Shown: piece by piece, positions 47,870 through 57,107 of the stretch
Layout of the letters: every line of letters begins with the position of its first letter
How positions within the stretch are numbered: position 1 is the stretch's first letter
Source of the DNA: a virus
Taxonomy: Duplodnaviria; Caudoviricetes
Direction: 5' to 3' (one strand)
Length of the DNA stretch: 57,639 bases
Virus record (IMG/VR): IMGVR_UViG_3300008110_000066
Span: 1 to 57,639 of that record
Translations under genes and position numbers: made by a program
Notes under the pieces: model-generated
What the model was told of the DNA's origin: nothing
The model's database searches: none
Seen by the model: only the letters and a program-made list of their open reading frames with translations

Positions 47870-48290
47870 AGAATTAAAAGACATATTTCAGTTTTTAATG
47901 TCTGTCAGAAAATTAAAAACATATCTAACGATAGATGTTGAATTTCCTGACCACTGGAAAATACCAAAAAAGTATGTCCAAGAAGATAAAGTAGTTGAAA
48001 ACGAAAGAGTAAATGAAGGTTTGAGGTTTTTCTCATTTGTTTGTGAATTCAACGAACATAGCCTTGCAACAACTGTAGACAGTATAAAAAAAATAATTTC
48101 TTTCAATAAAGAAATTGAAATGAAAGAAAAGTTGTTAAAACAAAAAATTGACGAACTGAAGAAAATATTTCAAAGCGAAAAATTAGAAAGTCTTCAGAGT
48201 TTAAAATTTGATTTAATAGAAGAAAAACTTGGAGATGGAGAAGAAATTATCAACGCAAATAGAGAAGGAGATAGATTGGTTGAAGAATGA
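47862..48290 (+). CDS. Hypothetical protein
   Basis: 142 aa ORF within an operon. Confidence 0.65.
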   Translation: MYKELKDIFQFLMSVRKLKTYLTIDVEFPDHWKIPKKYVQEDKVVENERVNEGLRFFSFVCEFNEHSLATTVDSIKKIISFNKEIEMKEKLLKQKIDELKKIFQSEKLESLQSLKFDLIEEKLGDGEEIINANREGDRLVEE

Positions 48291-48435
48291 AGTAGAAAAA
48301 GATAAATTAGAGTTAGAAAGACAAAAAAAAGATCTAATTAACTCTATTAAAAAAATAGATAAAAACGAAATTATTCCACCAAAACAAAAATTAACTTTAT
48401 GGAAGAAAATAAAAAAAGTGTTGTTGAACCAATAG
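48235..48435 (+). CDS. Small coiled-coil hypothetical protein
   Basis: Heptad pattern; overlaps both neighbours; ATG at 48235 preferred. Confidence 0.5.
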   Translation: MEKKLSTQIEKEIDWLKNEVEKDKLELERQKKDLINSIKKIDKNEIIPPKQKLTLWKKIKKVLLNQ

Positions 48436-48716
48436 AAAAAATGGCGATGATAACAGATGCATTGCAAGATCTATTTCCTGAAGGTAAAATTATTTGTGTC
48501 TTAGAGTTAAAAAAAGAAGATTTTAAAAAAATACAAGGAAATTTCAGAACAATAGATCATACTCATAATAAATTTTCTATCAATATTTCAGGTGTTGATT
48601 TTGTTTTTATTGATGAGAGTGAAAATATAAGTGTTGAAGAGCCTAAAACAGAGGTGTCAAAACAAACTAAAACTAATTTTTTTAAAAAATTATTTTCTAG
48701 TTTTAAAGGTGGTTGA
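48399..48716 (+). CDS. Hypothetical protein
   Basis: 105 aa; C-terminal amphipathic NFFKKLFSSF. Confidence 0.6.
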   Translation: MEENKKSVVEPIEKMAMITDALQDLFPEGKIICVLELKKEDFKKIQGNFRTIDHTHNKFSINISGVDFVFIDESENISVEEPKTEVSKQTKTNFFKKLFSSFKGG

Positions 48717-49331
48717 TACCCTATAAAGAGATTGTTTACTAATACCTTTTTGAGACAACAGTTCATAAAGGTATTTTTTTTGCTCTTTTGACGTTTCTGA
48801 AACAATGATACAATCGATTCTATTTTGATTCATCATAAAATCAGATAAAGTATCCAAAAACCTTTTTGATTCCATTTCATTTTTCAGTGAAAATAATTTT
48901 ATATCATCATCGTTTTGAAGTGCAATTTTATTGTTGAGTCTTGAAATAAGTTTTATGTTGTTTTTTGGTAAAAACCCTTTTATGAAAGATTCGAATGTAA
49001 TTTTATTTTTCTTATCAATTGAATAAATTTTTTCAGGTAAGTTATATTTTGTGAGTTTAATAATTTTATAATCAGGATCATCCAAATTTATTTTTACTTG
49101 TCTGCCCATTTTATCCTTAATAAATAAATTATCAAAGTCGGTATTGTCTTTCTTAAGAAGACCTAATTCATAGTCTACCACCAAAGCATTTTCAACCAAG
49201 ACTTCAAAACTAACAGAATTACTTTTTGATATTAAATCATTGTAAAATTTAACTGCTCGTTCATATGTCTTGAATTTGTTGATTATTTTTTTTCTTTCTT
49301 TATTTTTAAAAAGAACAATTAAGTAATTCAT
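48690..49331 (-). CDS. Hypothetical basic protein
   Basis: 213 aa ORF; TATTTAT on the minus strand at 49342-49348. Confidence 0.65.
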   Translation of the reverse strand: MNYLIVLFKNKERKKIINKFKTYERAVKFYNDLISKSNSVSFEVLVENALVVDYELGLLKKDNTDFDNLFIKDKMGRQVKINLDDPDYKIIKLTKYNLPEKIYSIDKKNKITFESFIKGFLPKNNIKLISRLNNKIALQNDDDIKLFSLKNEMESKRFLDTLSDFMMNQNRIDCIIVSETSKEQKKYLYELLSQKGISKQSLYRVSTTFKTRK

Positions 49332-49361
49332 AAAATAAAATATAAATAAACTAATTTATAA

Positions 49362-50282
49362 ATGAATATTGATAATTTATATGAAGTTTTGGGTGTAACT
49401 GAAAATGCATCACAAGACGATATAAAAAGGGCTTATAGAAAATTAGCGAAAGAAAATCATCCAGATACTGGTGGTAATGAAGAAACATTTAAAAAAATAT
49501 CAATTGCTTATGATACTTTGAGCGATGAGGGTAAAAGAAAAGAATATGACATTAAGAGAAAAAATCCTTTTTCAGGTGGTAATGTTGATGATATATTTGG
49601 TAGTATGTTTAGGAACTCAAATAGAACACAACAAAGAACGGTACATACCACAAACATAACCGCAAATGTTGGTGTTTTGGAATCTTATAGAGCTTCAAGA
49701 CACAACCTTTCCTACCGTAGAAATATTGCTTGTGAACCTTGTAATGGAAGTGGTGGTGAAAAAAAAGTTTGTCCTACTTGTGGTGGGACTGGAAACATAG
49801 TACAGCAGTTTGGTGCGGGAATGTTTGTGCAACTTATTCAAACCCCTTGTGGTAATTGTAATGGTAAAGGTACATTTTTAGTAAACCCATGTTTTTTATG
49901 TAATGGTTCAGGAACCAAAGTTGAAATGAAGTCTTTAGATTTATCTTTGCCGCACGGAATAGACAATGGTCAGTTTATAAGATTGAAAGGGATGGGTGAT
50001 TTCAGAAATGGTGTTTTTGGAGATTTGGTGGTAAGAGTTGATTTGAAAACTCAGGACGGATTTAGTAAAGTTGGTAATCATTTAGTTTATGACGCCTTTA
50101 TGTCTTTAGATGAGTTGAAGAATGGTGAAATAAGAATACCACATCCAGATGGAGAATTAAATTTAAAGTTACCGAAGACAATTGATACTTCTAAATCTTT
50201 AAGAGTTAAATCAAAAGGTTTTAGATTAGATACTGTTGGTGATTTAATAGTCAATCAGTTTGTAAAATACGATAGAGATTAA
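49362..50282 (+). CDS. dnaJ: DnaJ/Hsp40 co-chaperone (type I)
   Basis: J domain with HPD, four CxxCxGxG repeats, C-terminal GDL substrate-binding domain. Confidence 0.95.
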   Translation: MNIDNLYEVLGVTENASQDDIKRAYRKLAKENHPDTGGNEETFKKISIAYDTLSDEGKRKEYDIKRKNPFSGGNVDDIFGSMFRNSNRTQQRTVHTTNITANVGVLESYRASRHNLSYRRNIACEPCNGSGGEKKVCPTCGGTGNIVQQFGAGMFVQLIQTPCGNCNGKGTFLVNPCFLCNGSGTKVEMKSLDLSLPHGIDNGQFIRLKGMGDFRNGVFGDLVVRVDLKTQDGFSKVGNHLVYDAFMSLDELKNGEIRIPHPDGELNLKLPKTIDTSKSLRVKSKGFRLDTVGDLIVNQFVKYDRD

Positions 50283-50440
50283 AATAACGATATAATGTCC
50301 TTAATAAAGGATATTATTCCGTAAATACCAAAAAAGAAAAATACTCCACCACCAATTAAAACAAATCTTTGAGTGTTTTGTACTTGTTTACTATCTTCAC
50401 AAGTTCTACATTTTACTTCTGTTGCTTTTTTTTCTTCCAT
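50279..50440 (-). CDS. 53-aa membrane microprotein with CxxC (not in the ORF track)
   Basis: MEEKKATEVKCRTCEDSKQVQNTQRFVLIGGGVFFFFGIYGIISFIKDIISLF. Confidence 0.6.
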   Translation of the reverse strand: MEEKKATEVKCRTCEDSKQVQNTQRFVLIGGGVFFFFGIYGIISFIKDIISLF

Positions 50441-50448
50441 AAATTAAA

Positions 50449-50955
50449 TTATAATACAATGGTTTTAATATGAAAATAGTTTTCTAACATTACTTTTTTT
50501 TGTTGGGGTTTGTTTTTGTTGAAAAATCTTAGATAATTACCATCGAATGAATAAGTACTTGTTGGAATTACGTAAACCCTGTCAGTAGTTTTTTCAATTA
50601 TAAATTCTAAATAATCAAAAACTTCTTCATCTTCATTATCTTCATCTCTAAAAACAAACTTCAATCTATCACCCAAAGAATAATCCGAGAATGATCTAAT
50701 AATTTTCGGATATTTTAATTCTATAACTTGTGATAAAATGTCGTTAGGAACTGCAACTCTTTCGTGTGTTGAAGTATCAGAGTCAATAGAATCTAAAATT
50801 GCTTGTCTTATGAAATCAAAATCTTTGTTACCTTTTCTATGAATTGATTGATGACTTGAAGCGTAGAATGAATTACCTCTTGGGCTCACATATAATAAAT
50901 CCTCTTTATCGGATTGCTCAACTATAATTGACCTTAGAATTTGAAACATTTTCAT
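50449..50955 (-). CDS. Hypothetical protein with an N-terminal ...SIIVEQ leader
   Basis: ATG at 50955 lies 6 nt after a minus-strand TATTTAT (50962-50968); the ORF-track start at 51075 overlaps the methylase. Confidence 0.6.
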   Translation of the reverse strand: MKMFQILRSIIVEQSDKEDLLYVSPRGNSFYASSHQSIHRKGNKDFDFIRQAILDSIDSDTSTHERVAVPNDILSQVIELKYPKIIRSFSDYSLGDRLKFVFRDEDNEDEEVFDYLEFIIEKTTDRVYVIPTSTYSFDGNYLRFFNKNKPQQKKVMLENYFHIKTIVL

Positions 50956-51023
50956 ACTATCATAAATAGTTGAAAAATAAAAATACAATTGATTATTTGT
51001 TTTGTTTTTACTATCTTCATTAC

Positions 51024-51863
51024 ATGTTAAGTTATATTGGTGGAAAAAGTAAAATTGGTAAATGGATTGTTCCATTCTACGATAAAAATATGGAGGTCTA
51101 TGTAGAAACTTTCGGCGGAATGTTTTGGTGTTTTTTTAATATGGACCTAAAACAGTTCCCAAACCTTAAAAAAGTTGTTTATAATGACTTTAACCCGCTG
51201 AACTACAACCTCTTTAAATGTGTTCAAAACCCAACTGAACTATTGAAGGCGATTAACGCAATTGATTGTCAAAAGTTGGGTGAGGAACCAACTCCACCAA
51301 TCTATAAAGAACAATTTGTAAGGTTTCAGGCTGAAATTTTTAATCAAGGTTTCAGCGTAGAACCTGGTGATTATGAGGTCGCAGCTAAATACGTTTACGT
51401 TTTAACACAAGTTTTTAGTGGGTCAAAACCTGAAACATCCGGATTCATTGATCTTAAAGGTAAGTATAAATCAAAATATCTTACATTCAGAGATAAGTTA
51501 TCAAAACCTGATTGGATTGAACACTTTCTTAAGATTACAGAAGTAGAGAACATGGACTTTGCGGCTGTGATAGAAAAATATGACTCACCAACCACTTATA
51601 TCTATTTGGACCCACCTTATTGGAAAACTGAAAACTATTACTCCAACCACGACTTTGATCGACAAGATCATGAGCGTTTAGCTAATGTTCTACACGAAGT
51701 CCAAGGTAAGTTTTCTCTATCCTATTATGACTTTGAATTACTACATGAATGGTTCCCCGAAGACCAATATACTTGGGTTAAAAAAGAGTTTGCGAAAGCC
51801 GCTTCAGCCAAGAAAGGAGAAAAACAAAATATGGGTGAGGAATTATTGATTATGAATTACTAA
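51024..51863 (+). CDS. DNA adenine methyltransferase (Dam/D12 class N6), orphan
   Basis: SYIGGKS, YVETFGG, YNDFN, YLDPPY; ATG at 51024 follows TTGATT-N17-TATCTT. Confidence 0.9.
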   Translation: MLSYIGGKSKIGKWIVPFYDKNMEVYVETFGGMFWCFFNMDLKQFPNLKKVVYNDFNPLNYNLFKCVQNPTELLKAINAIDCQKLGEEPTPPIYKEQFVRFQAEIFNQGFSVEPGDYEVAAKYVYVLTQVFSGSKPETSGFIDLKGKYKSKYLTFRDKLSKPDWIEHFLKITEVENMDFAAVIEKYDSPTTYIYLDPPYWKTENYYSNHDFDRQDHERLANVLHEVQGKFSLSYYDFELLHEWFPEDQYTWVKKEFAKAASAKKGEKQNMGEELLIMNY

Positions 51864-51903
51864 TTTTTTACTGTTTACAAATATTTATTAAATAAAAAAT
51901 ATT

Positions 51904-53286
51904 ATGTCACTTAGGTTCACCAATCTATTAAGAGATCTTATTGTTGAAAGTTCAAGATTTCAAGTATTATTCGATAAGTTCGTAAAACCAAAGGAAAGAG
52001 GTCAAAGAGGTATCATGCCGTTTGAAACTCTATTCGCACTTATTGTTGCCGACCCAACTACAAAGGTACCAGAAGGAATGGATATTGATAATGTTAAACC
52101 TGAACAAATGGAGAAGGTTAAAATTGGGAAATACGCTCAATGGTTGTTAAAAAACTTTGTCGCCCCTAAATTGGAACCAAACCACCCTTTGATGGTATTA
52201 GATCCACAATCAGGTCAATATAAAGCAGCTTTAAAGGCATTCCAAGATCTTTTCATGGAAGACTTATATAAGGTTACAACAAACCTTCAAAAGTTTGAAA
52301 GATTTAAAAATAGATTACCTCAAGAATATAGAGATATCAATAAACTAACTCCTGAGACTTTATTTGATCAAGTTAAAGATTTTAGTTTAGAGAAAACTAA
52401 AGCGACTGCCGCCGAGAAAAAAGAAGCTTCAACAACATATGCTCACCCTGGTGCGGACATTGTTTATAGAGGTCAAGATTGGACAGTTGCCAAAATCTCA
52501 GACAAAGGTCCATTAGGTAAAGAAGCGGCATGTTTCTATGGTGGATCCCATAATGAAGGAAGAAGAGGAGAAACTACTTGGTGTACATCTTCACCTGGAC
52601 TTTCTTGGTTTGATCGATATATTGGTAAAGGACCATTGTATGTTGTAATTCCAAACAAACCAACATCATTCAAATCTTACGGTAAAGAAGTTGGGGATGT
52701 TTCAGGTTTACCTGCAAACAGATACCAATTCCACTTCCCCGATAATCAGTATATGGATGCGGATGACAGACCAATCAATTTGATTGAATTCTTAAACACA
52801 AATGAAGAAGGACTAAAACAATTCTTCAAACCTGAGTTCATGAAGTCATTGGCTGGTGATAAAGGAGAAAAGGTTGTTATTGATTATCCAAGTGATTCTG
52901 CATCTAAGTTTATTGCTCTTTATGGTTTTGATGAGTTCTTCGCAACTCTTCCTGAGACATTAAAAAGACTTACATTTAAAAATACATCAAGAGATAAGAT
53001 CTCACTTAATATTCCTAATGACATTGGAAGATTCAAACAACTTAATGCAATTAACTTTGTTGGATGTGTTGCGACTTTACCTGAAGCAATTTGTAGTTTA
53101 AATAACTTACAGTATCTTTCATTAGTTAATAATCCCGATCTACAAAGATTACCTGAATGTATTGGTGACATGGAAAACCTTATGGTGTTAAACCTTGGAG
53201 GATCTGATCCTAAAAAAGTTTTACCTGAATCAGTTTTCAGAAGAGCTGAAACAGACGAAGACTTTAATTTATTCACCCACTCATAA
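51904..53286 (+). CDS. Leucine-rich-repeat protein with an N-terminal domain of unknown function
   Basis: IPNDIGRFKQL, LPEAICSLNNLQYLSL, LPECIGDMENLMVLNL; AACFYG...TTWCT motif; TATTTAT at 51882. Confidence 0.75.
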   Translation: MSLRFTNLLRDLIVESSRFQVLFDKFVKPKERGQRGIMPFETLFALIVADPTTKVPEGMDIDNVKPEQMEKVKIGKYAQWLLKNFVAPKLEPNHPLMVLDPQSGQYKAALKAFQDLFMEDLYKVTTNLQKFERFKNRLPQEYRDINKLTPETLFDQVKDFSLEKTKATAAEKKEASTTYAHPGADIVYRGQDWTVAKISDKGPLGKEAACFYGGSHNEGRRGETTWCTSSPGLSWFDRYIGKGPLYVVIPNKPTSFKSYGKEVGDVSGLPANRYQFHFPDNQYMDADDRPINLIEFLNTNEEGLKQFFKPEFMKSLAGDKGEKVVIDYPSDSASKFIALYGFDEFFATLPETLKRLTFKNTSRDKISLNIPNDIGRFKQLNAINFVGCVATLPEAICSLNNLQYLSLVNNPDLQRLPECIGDMENLMVLNLGGSDPKKVLPESVFRRAETDEDFNLFTHS

Positions 53287-53305
53287 TATTTAATATAACG
53301 ACTAT

Positions 53306-53339
53306 AACCCCCTTCTTCAGGTTGGGGGTTTTTTGTTTT
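53306..53339 (+). terminator. Rho-independent terminator
   Basis: AACCCCC...GGGGGTT followed by a T run. Confidence 0.75.
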
Positions 53340-53357
53340 ACAAAGTATTTATCTTAT

Positions 53358-53732
53358 ATGAAAATCATCATAACAGAAGAACAATATAACTTGATTCAAG
53401 AAGAATATAGAAGGGATCGTTTCGATGCTGAGTATGCTGATGAATACCCAAAATATAAGAAGTTGTTTTTAAAGACCATTTCTAAAGATGTTAAAGGTTG
53501 GGGTGAATGGCCAGGTTCTATTTATTTGATGAACGAATTTGGAGAACCTTTATTTGTATATAGAATACCATCAAAAACCGTATATTACGATTATTCAATA
53601 GATAAAGAGATGGAAGAATACATTCCTTATCATATAGTTTCAAGACACTTGAAAAACGCAGTTTATGATTACTTCAAAGGACTTTTTCCTGATATTGAAA
53701 TAAAAGAGGTAAGTGGGGCTAATATTGTATAG
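53358..53732 (+). CDS. MKIIITE-leader family protein 1
   Basis: Starts MKIIITEEQYNLIQE; ATG at 53358 follows TATTTAT at 53346. Confidence 0.7.
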   Translation: MKIIITEEQYNLIQEEYRRDRFDAEYADEYPKYKKLFLKTISKDVKGWGEWPGSIYLMNEFGEPLFVYRIPSKTVYYDYSIDKEMEEYIPYHIVSRHLKNAVYDYFKGLFPDIEIKEVSGANIV

Positions 53733-53734
53733 TT

Positions 53735-54283
53735 ATGAAAATAATAATATCTGATAACCAATATAGTCTTATTAAAGAATCTTACCGAAATAAAGGTATT
53801 GATGCGGTTATTAAATATTGGAAAAAAGAGTTAGAAAAAGGTAACAAAATTAGATTTGATAGAGATGAACTTGAATTTTGGGGTATAACTAAATTCACTG
53901 ATAAGTTACATGCTCAAACAGAATTTCAAGAACTTATAGGGGATGAGGTATTTGTTAAAAAATTTATAAATACATTAAAAAACAAGAAATTCTCGACAAA
54001 AGATTTTAGTGAAAGATTAGTTGGTGGTTATGATTTTGAGTGGGTAATCACTAATATGGAATATAGAGATTATGATGTTTTTCTATATGGAAAAACTCTA
54101 CCTGGAGGTTCCGTAACTCTTATGGATGGAAGATATCTAACCTTAGATCAAGCCTTGGAGGATGAAGAAATAGGATGGGAAATCCAAGAAGAAGTTAATG
54201 ATGTTGTTCAGGACTGCATGAATGAAATAATTACACCAGTCACAGGATATGATGTGTCAGTTCCTTTGGTTACTATTTATTAG
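53735..54283 (+). CDS. MKIIITE-leader family protein 2
   Basis: Starts MKIIISDNQYSLIKE. Confidence 0.7.
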   Translation: MKIIISDNQYSLIKESYRNKGIDAVIKYWKKELEKGNKIRFDRDELEFWGITKFTDKLHAQTEFQELIGDEVFVKKFINTLKNKKFSTKDFSERLVGGYDFEWVITNMEYRDYDVFLYGKTLPGGSVTLMDGRYLTLDQALEDEEIGWEIQEEVNDVVQDCMNEIITPVTGYDVSVPLVTIY

Positions 54284-54285
54284 AA

Positions 54286-54873
54286 ATGAAAATAATAATT
54301 ACAGAAAAACAATATAACAAACTGACTGAAGACAAACTTCAGAAACTTTGCTATACAGTATGGAACCAACAAAAAAAGAGAGGTGAAGAACCTTATATTG
54401 ATGATATAATATATGACATTACAGATATTAGAAAAAACTCAAACGAAGACTTTCAAATCATTAGACCCATTTGGTATAGATACAACGGTGGATTTGATAA
54501 CTTATTTGAAAGACTTAAAAATGAAATTGACGAAAAAATATTTGATCTAACAAGTGGTTGGGGTAATCTCAATACAAGAGTAGAAGTTATTGAAGTAAGT
54601 CAATTTGGTAGATTAGGTGAAGATTTTGGAGTAGATATATTTGTAAATGTAGATCCAAATGGAACCATGGATTTCGAAATGTTTGAAGAAGGGACTGATA
54701 ACGAAATTCAAGTTAATGATACAATTGAGGCCGCTTATTTTGAAGCTCAATCCAATTATGAAGGTAGTGATCTTCTTGGTTACTTAAGAGGAGAAGTTTA
54801 TGACCTTTTTTATAAAAAATTAGAAAAATACGGAATACCAATTGATGTGGATGTTGATCTAAAAGAATTTTAA
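54286..54873 (+). CDS. MKIIITE-leader family protein 3
   Basis: Starts MKIIITEKQYNKLTE; TATTTAT at 54274. Confidence 0.7.
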   Translation: MKIIITEKQYNKLTEDKLQKLCYTVWNQQKKRGEEPYIDDIIYDITDIRKNSNEDFQIIRPIWYRYNGGFDNLFERLKNEIDEKIFDLTSGWGNLNTRVEVIEVSQFGRLGEDFGVDIFVNVDPNGTMDFEMFEEGTDNEIQVNDTIEAAYFEAQSNYEGSDLLGYLRGEVYDLFYKKLEKYGIPIDVDVDLKEF

Positions 54874-54892
54874 CGATATATTTATTATCACT

Positions 54893-55129
54893 ATGGGACC
54901 AATCGAAAAAAAAATCTTAGAATTATCTAAAACAGAAGGACTTTCTGAAGAAACTGTAATGGCTTTAACTCTAATCAAAAATCAAGTTAAAGAGGATGAA
55001 AAAAGAATTGTTAATGAGGCCTACCAAAAAGGTTACCATGATAAAGAAATGAGCCGTAGACCAACATGGAACTACTTCGAAAGTAAGTACAAATCATTTT
55101 TCACAAATTTCAAAGTTGGTCAATTGTAA
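54893..55129 (+). CDS. Hypothetical protein
   Basis: EKRIVNEAYQKGY motif; TATTTAT at 54879. Confidence 0.6.
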   Translation: MGPIEKKILELSKTEGLSEETVMALTLIKNQVKEDEKRIVNEAYQKGYHDKEMSRRPTWNYFESKYKSFFTNFKVGQL

Positions 55130-55146
55130 AATTTTTCTTATCTTTG
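55116..55146 (+). promoter_or_regulatory. Bacteroidota-type promoter
   Basis: TTG-N20-TATCTTTG, 4 nt before the ATG at 55151. Confidence 0.6.
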
Positions 55147-55150
55147 TGAT

Positions 55151-55435
55151 ATGGAAGACTTGAACAAACTTGAATTACCCGAAATAAAATCACTATGTAA
55201 AGAATACGGAATCGGGACCGTAGGGGATAAAAAAACTCTAATCAAAAAACTTAAATATTTCTTAGATCCTATTGAGGATGTATTAAATTCCCATCCTGGT
55301 AGAAAATTGCCAAAAGATAAAAAAATTGTTGGGGCTAAAGTAACCCGACAAGAAGAAATCAACAATGTGTTAAAAAAGAAAGGTCAATTTTTATATTATT
55401 CTTTGGGTTATCACTATTATATGGTGACAGAATAA
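55151..55435 (+). CDS. SAP/HeH-like nucleic-acid-binding protein
   Basis: LNKLELPEIKSLCKEYGIGTVGDKKTLIKKL matches the SAP pattern. Confidence 0.65.
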   Translation: MEDLNKLELPEIKSLCKEYGIGTVGDKKTLIKKLKYFLDPIEDVLNSHPGRKLPKDKKIVGAKVTRQEEINNVLKKKGQFLYYSLGYHYYMVTE

Positions 55436-55466
55436 AAAAACTAGATATTTATTAAATAAAATTAGT

Positions 55467-55811
55467 ATGAAAAAACAAATACTTAAAGAGCTTAATGATA
55501 TTAAGTATCTTTTTAATTACAATAGAGGTAAAATTATTTCAGAACAGGAACAATTTGACGATGAAGAAGAATTCGTAGATTATGATGATATAGATTATGG
55601 TGATATGGATGATGATATGGATGATGATGAAGAAGAATATTATCCTGAACTTAGAATACCTCATGACATGCCATCATACAAAACTAAATATAGACATAGT
55701 GATGATGATATGGAATTGGACGAAGAAATGGATTTACCTGTAATGTTACCAGGAACAAAAGAGAAACCAGATTGGTTAACCTTTGATGAACTTGGAATTG
55801 ATTTTGAATAA
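55467..55811 (+). CDS. Acidic protein with a leader ending IISEQ
   Basis: MKKQILKELNDIKYLFNY...IISEQ followed by a D/E-rich body; TATTTAT at 55446. Confidence 0.6.
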   Translation: MKKQILKELNDIKYLFNYNRGKIISEQEQFDDEEEFVDYDDIDYGDMDDDMDDDEEEYYPELRIPHDMPSYKTKYRHSDDDMELDEEMDLPVMLPGTKEKPDWLTFDELGIDFE

Positions 55812-55812
55812 C

Positions 55813-57048
55813 ATGAAAAGATTAAACAGAAGATTATATACAGAAGGTGTCACAAAGTCTCAATTTGTCAGACTCATGGAAGCACCAAATTACGAAGGAC
55901 CTGAAAGAATGGCGGGTGACATCGAGAGAAAAATTACAGGTAAGGAAACTCCTTACCACAATTTTCCCGCAATACCCGATATGGATGAAGATTTTATTGA
56001 TCTAATTTCTTCAAAAAGATTTAAAGACTCTGTTGAAAAAGTTAGAATGGCAATGGGAGACACAAGAGTTATCCAAGGGGGTAACCCACTAATGCAATTG
56101 ATGATGACGGTTGGTCAGGCAATGAGAAGTTTAGTTATGATCCAATCTCAAAACAAAAAACAACTTGAGGATTTAGCGATTGAATTGGTAAAAAGTGAGA
56201 TGGGGATTCCTGAAGGAGCAATGCAATTTAAAGCTGAACTTGTAACACAACCTATGGGAGCCGCCGAAGGTATGAAAAATGAGGGTGAAATGCCAAGTGA
56301 AGAGGAAATAGAAGAGTTTATGGGAGACGTTGAAAACTTCAACTTAGAAAGATCCAAAAGAAGATTTATCAACTCACTAATCCAAGGTGCTGCATTCAAA
56401 GGAGGTCATATGTATAATCTTGTAAGAAACGAGATTAACGAAATCAATCCACAATTGATGAACCTTTACGCAGTTACTCAAGCTTTAATGGAACACGCTT
56501 ATTGGATCTTCCCTGATATGGAAGGAATGGCCGGTAGTGGTGGTGGTCAAATGGGTCAATCTGAATATGATGATGAAACAGATCCACCCACGGTAAAGGC
56601 TAAAGCTGTTACATTCCCATTACTTGTTCATGAATTAGTTAAAGGTGTTTATGAGGTATTTGGAACGCACGGATTACCTGATGACCCAAGACAACGAGAA
56701 ATGGTATTAAACGCTGAAGATTCTCTTCCGGCCGAAATTTGGGATTCCCGTTTAGGACCTATTTTTTGGGAAAAATTTGTGGCAACTTATCCAATGGAAT
56801 TGTTTGAGGATGATATGAAACACATACAACATTATTTGTTTATGAGATTCTCATCTTTAACTGCCGAAGAGTTTATGAGAGTCGCTAAAATGATTCTTAG
56901 TGGGGACCCCAAAGGACAACAGTTTATCCAAAGAATGGTAGATGACATTGTTAGAGAACTAAAAGAACAAGAATATAAAGACGCCATGGGAGACGAAGAC
57001 GACGACGAGGACTATGGGGATGTAGATCTAAGTGATTTGGGACTTTAA
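55813..57048 (+). CDS. Hypothetical protein with an HELVKG motif and an acidic tail
   Basis: ATG at 55813 just after the upstream stop; FPLLVHELVKGVYE. Confidence 0.65.
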   Translation: MKRLNRRLYTEGVTKSQFVRLMEAPNYEGPERMAGDIERKITGKETPYHNFPAIPDMDEDFIDLISSKRFKDSVEKVRMAMGDTRVIQGGNPLMQLMMTVGQAMRSLVMIQSQNKKQLEDLAIELVKSEMGIPEGAMQFKAELVTQPMGAAEGMKNEGEMPSEEEIEEFMGDVENFNLERSKRRFINSLIQGAAFKGGHMYNLVRNEINEINPQLMNLYAVTQALMEHAYWIFPDMEGMAGSGGGQMGQSEYDDETDPPTVKAKAVTFPLLVHELVKGVYEVFGTHGLPDDPRQREMVLNAEDSLPAEIWDSRLGPIFWEKFVATYPMELFEDDMKHIQHYLFMRFSSLTAEEFMRVAKMILSGDPKGQQFIQRMVDDIVRELKEQEYKDAMGDEDDDEDYGDVDLSDLGL

Positions 57049-57068
57049 TTAGTCCCATTTCTTTTTTA
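57038..57068 (+). terminator. Probable intrinsic terminator
   Basis: TGGGACT-ttaatt-AGTCCCA followed by TTTCTTTTTT. Confidence 0.65.
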
Positions 57069-57107
57069 TAAGAAATTTCTTTATTACATTTACTAAAATT
57101 ACGAACT

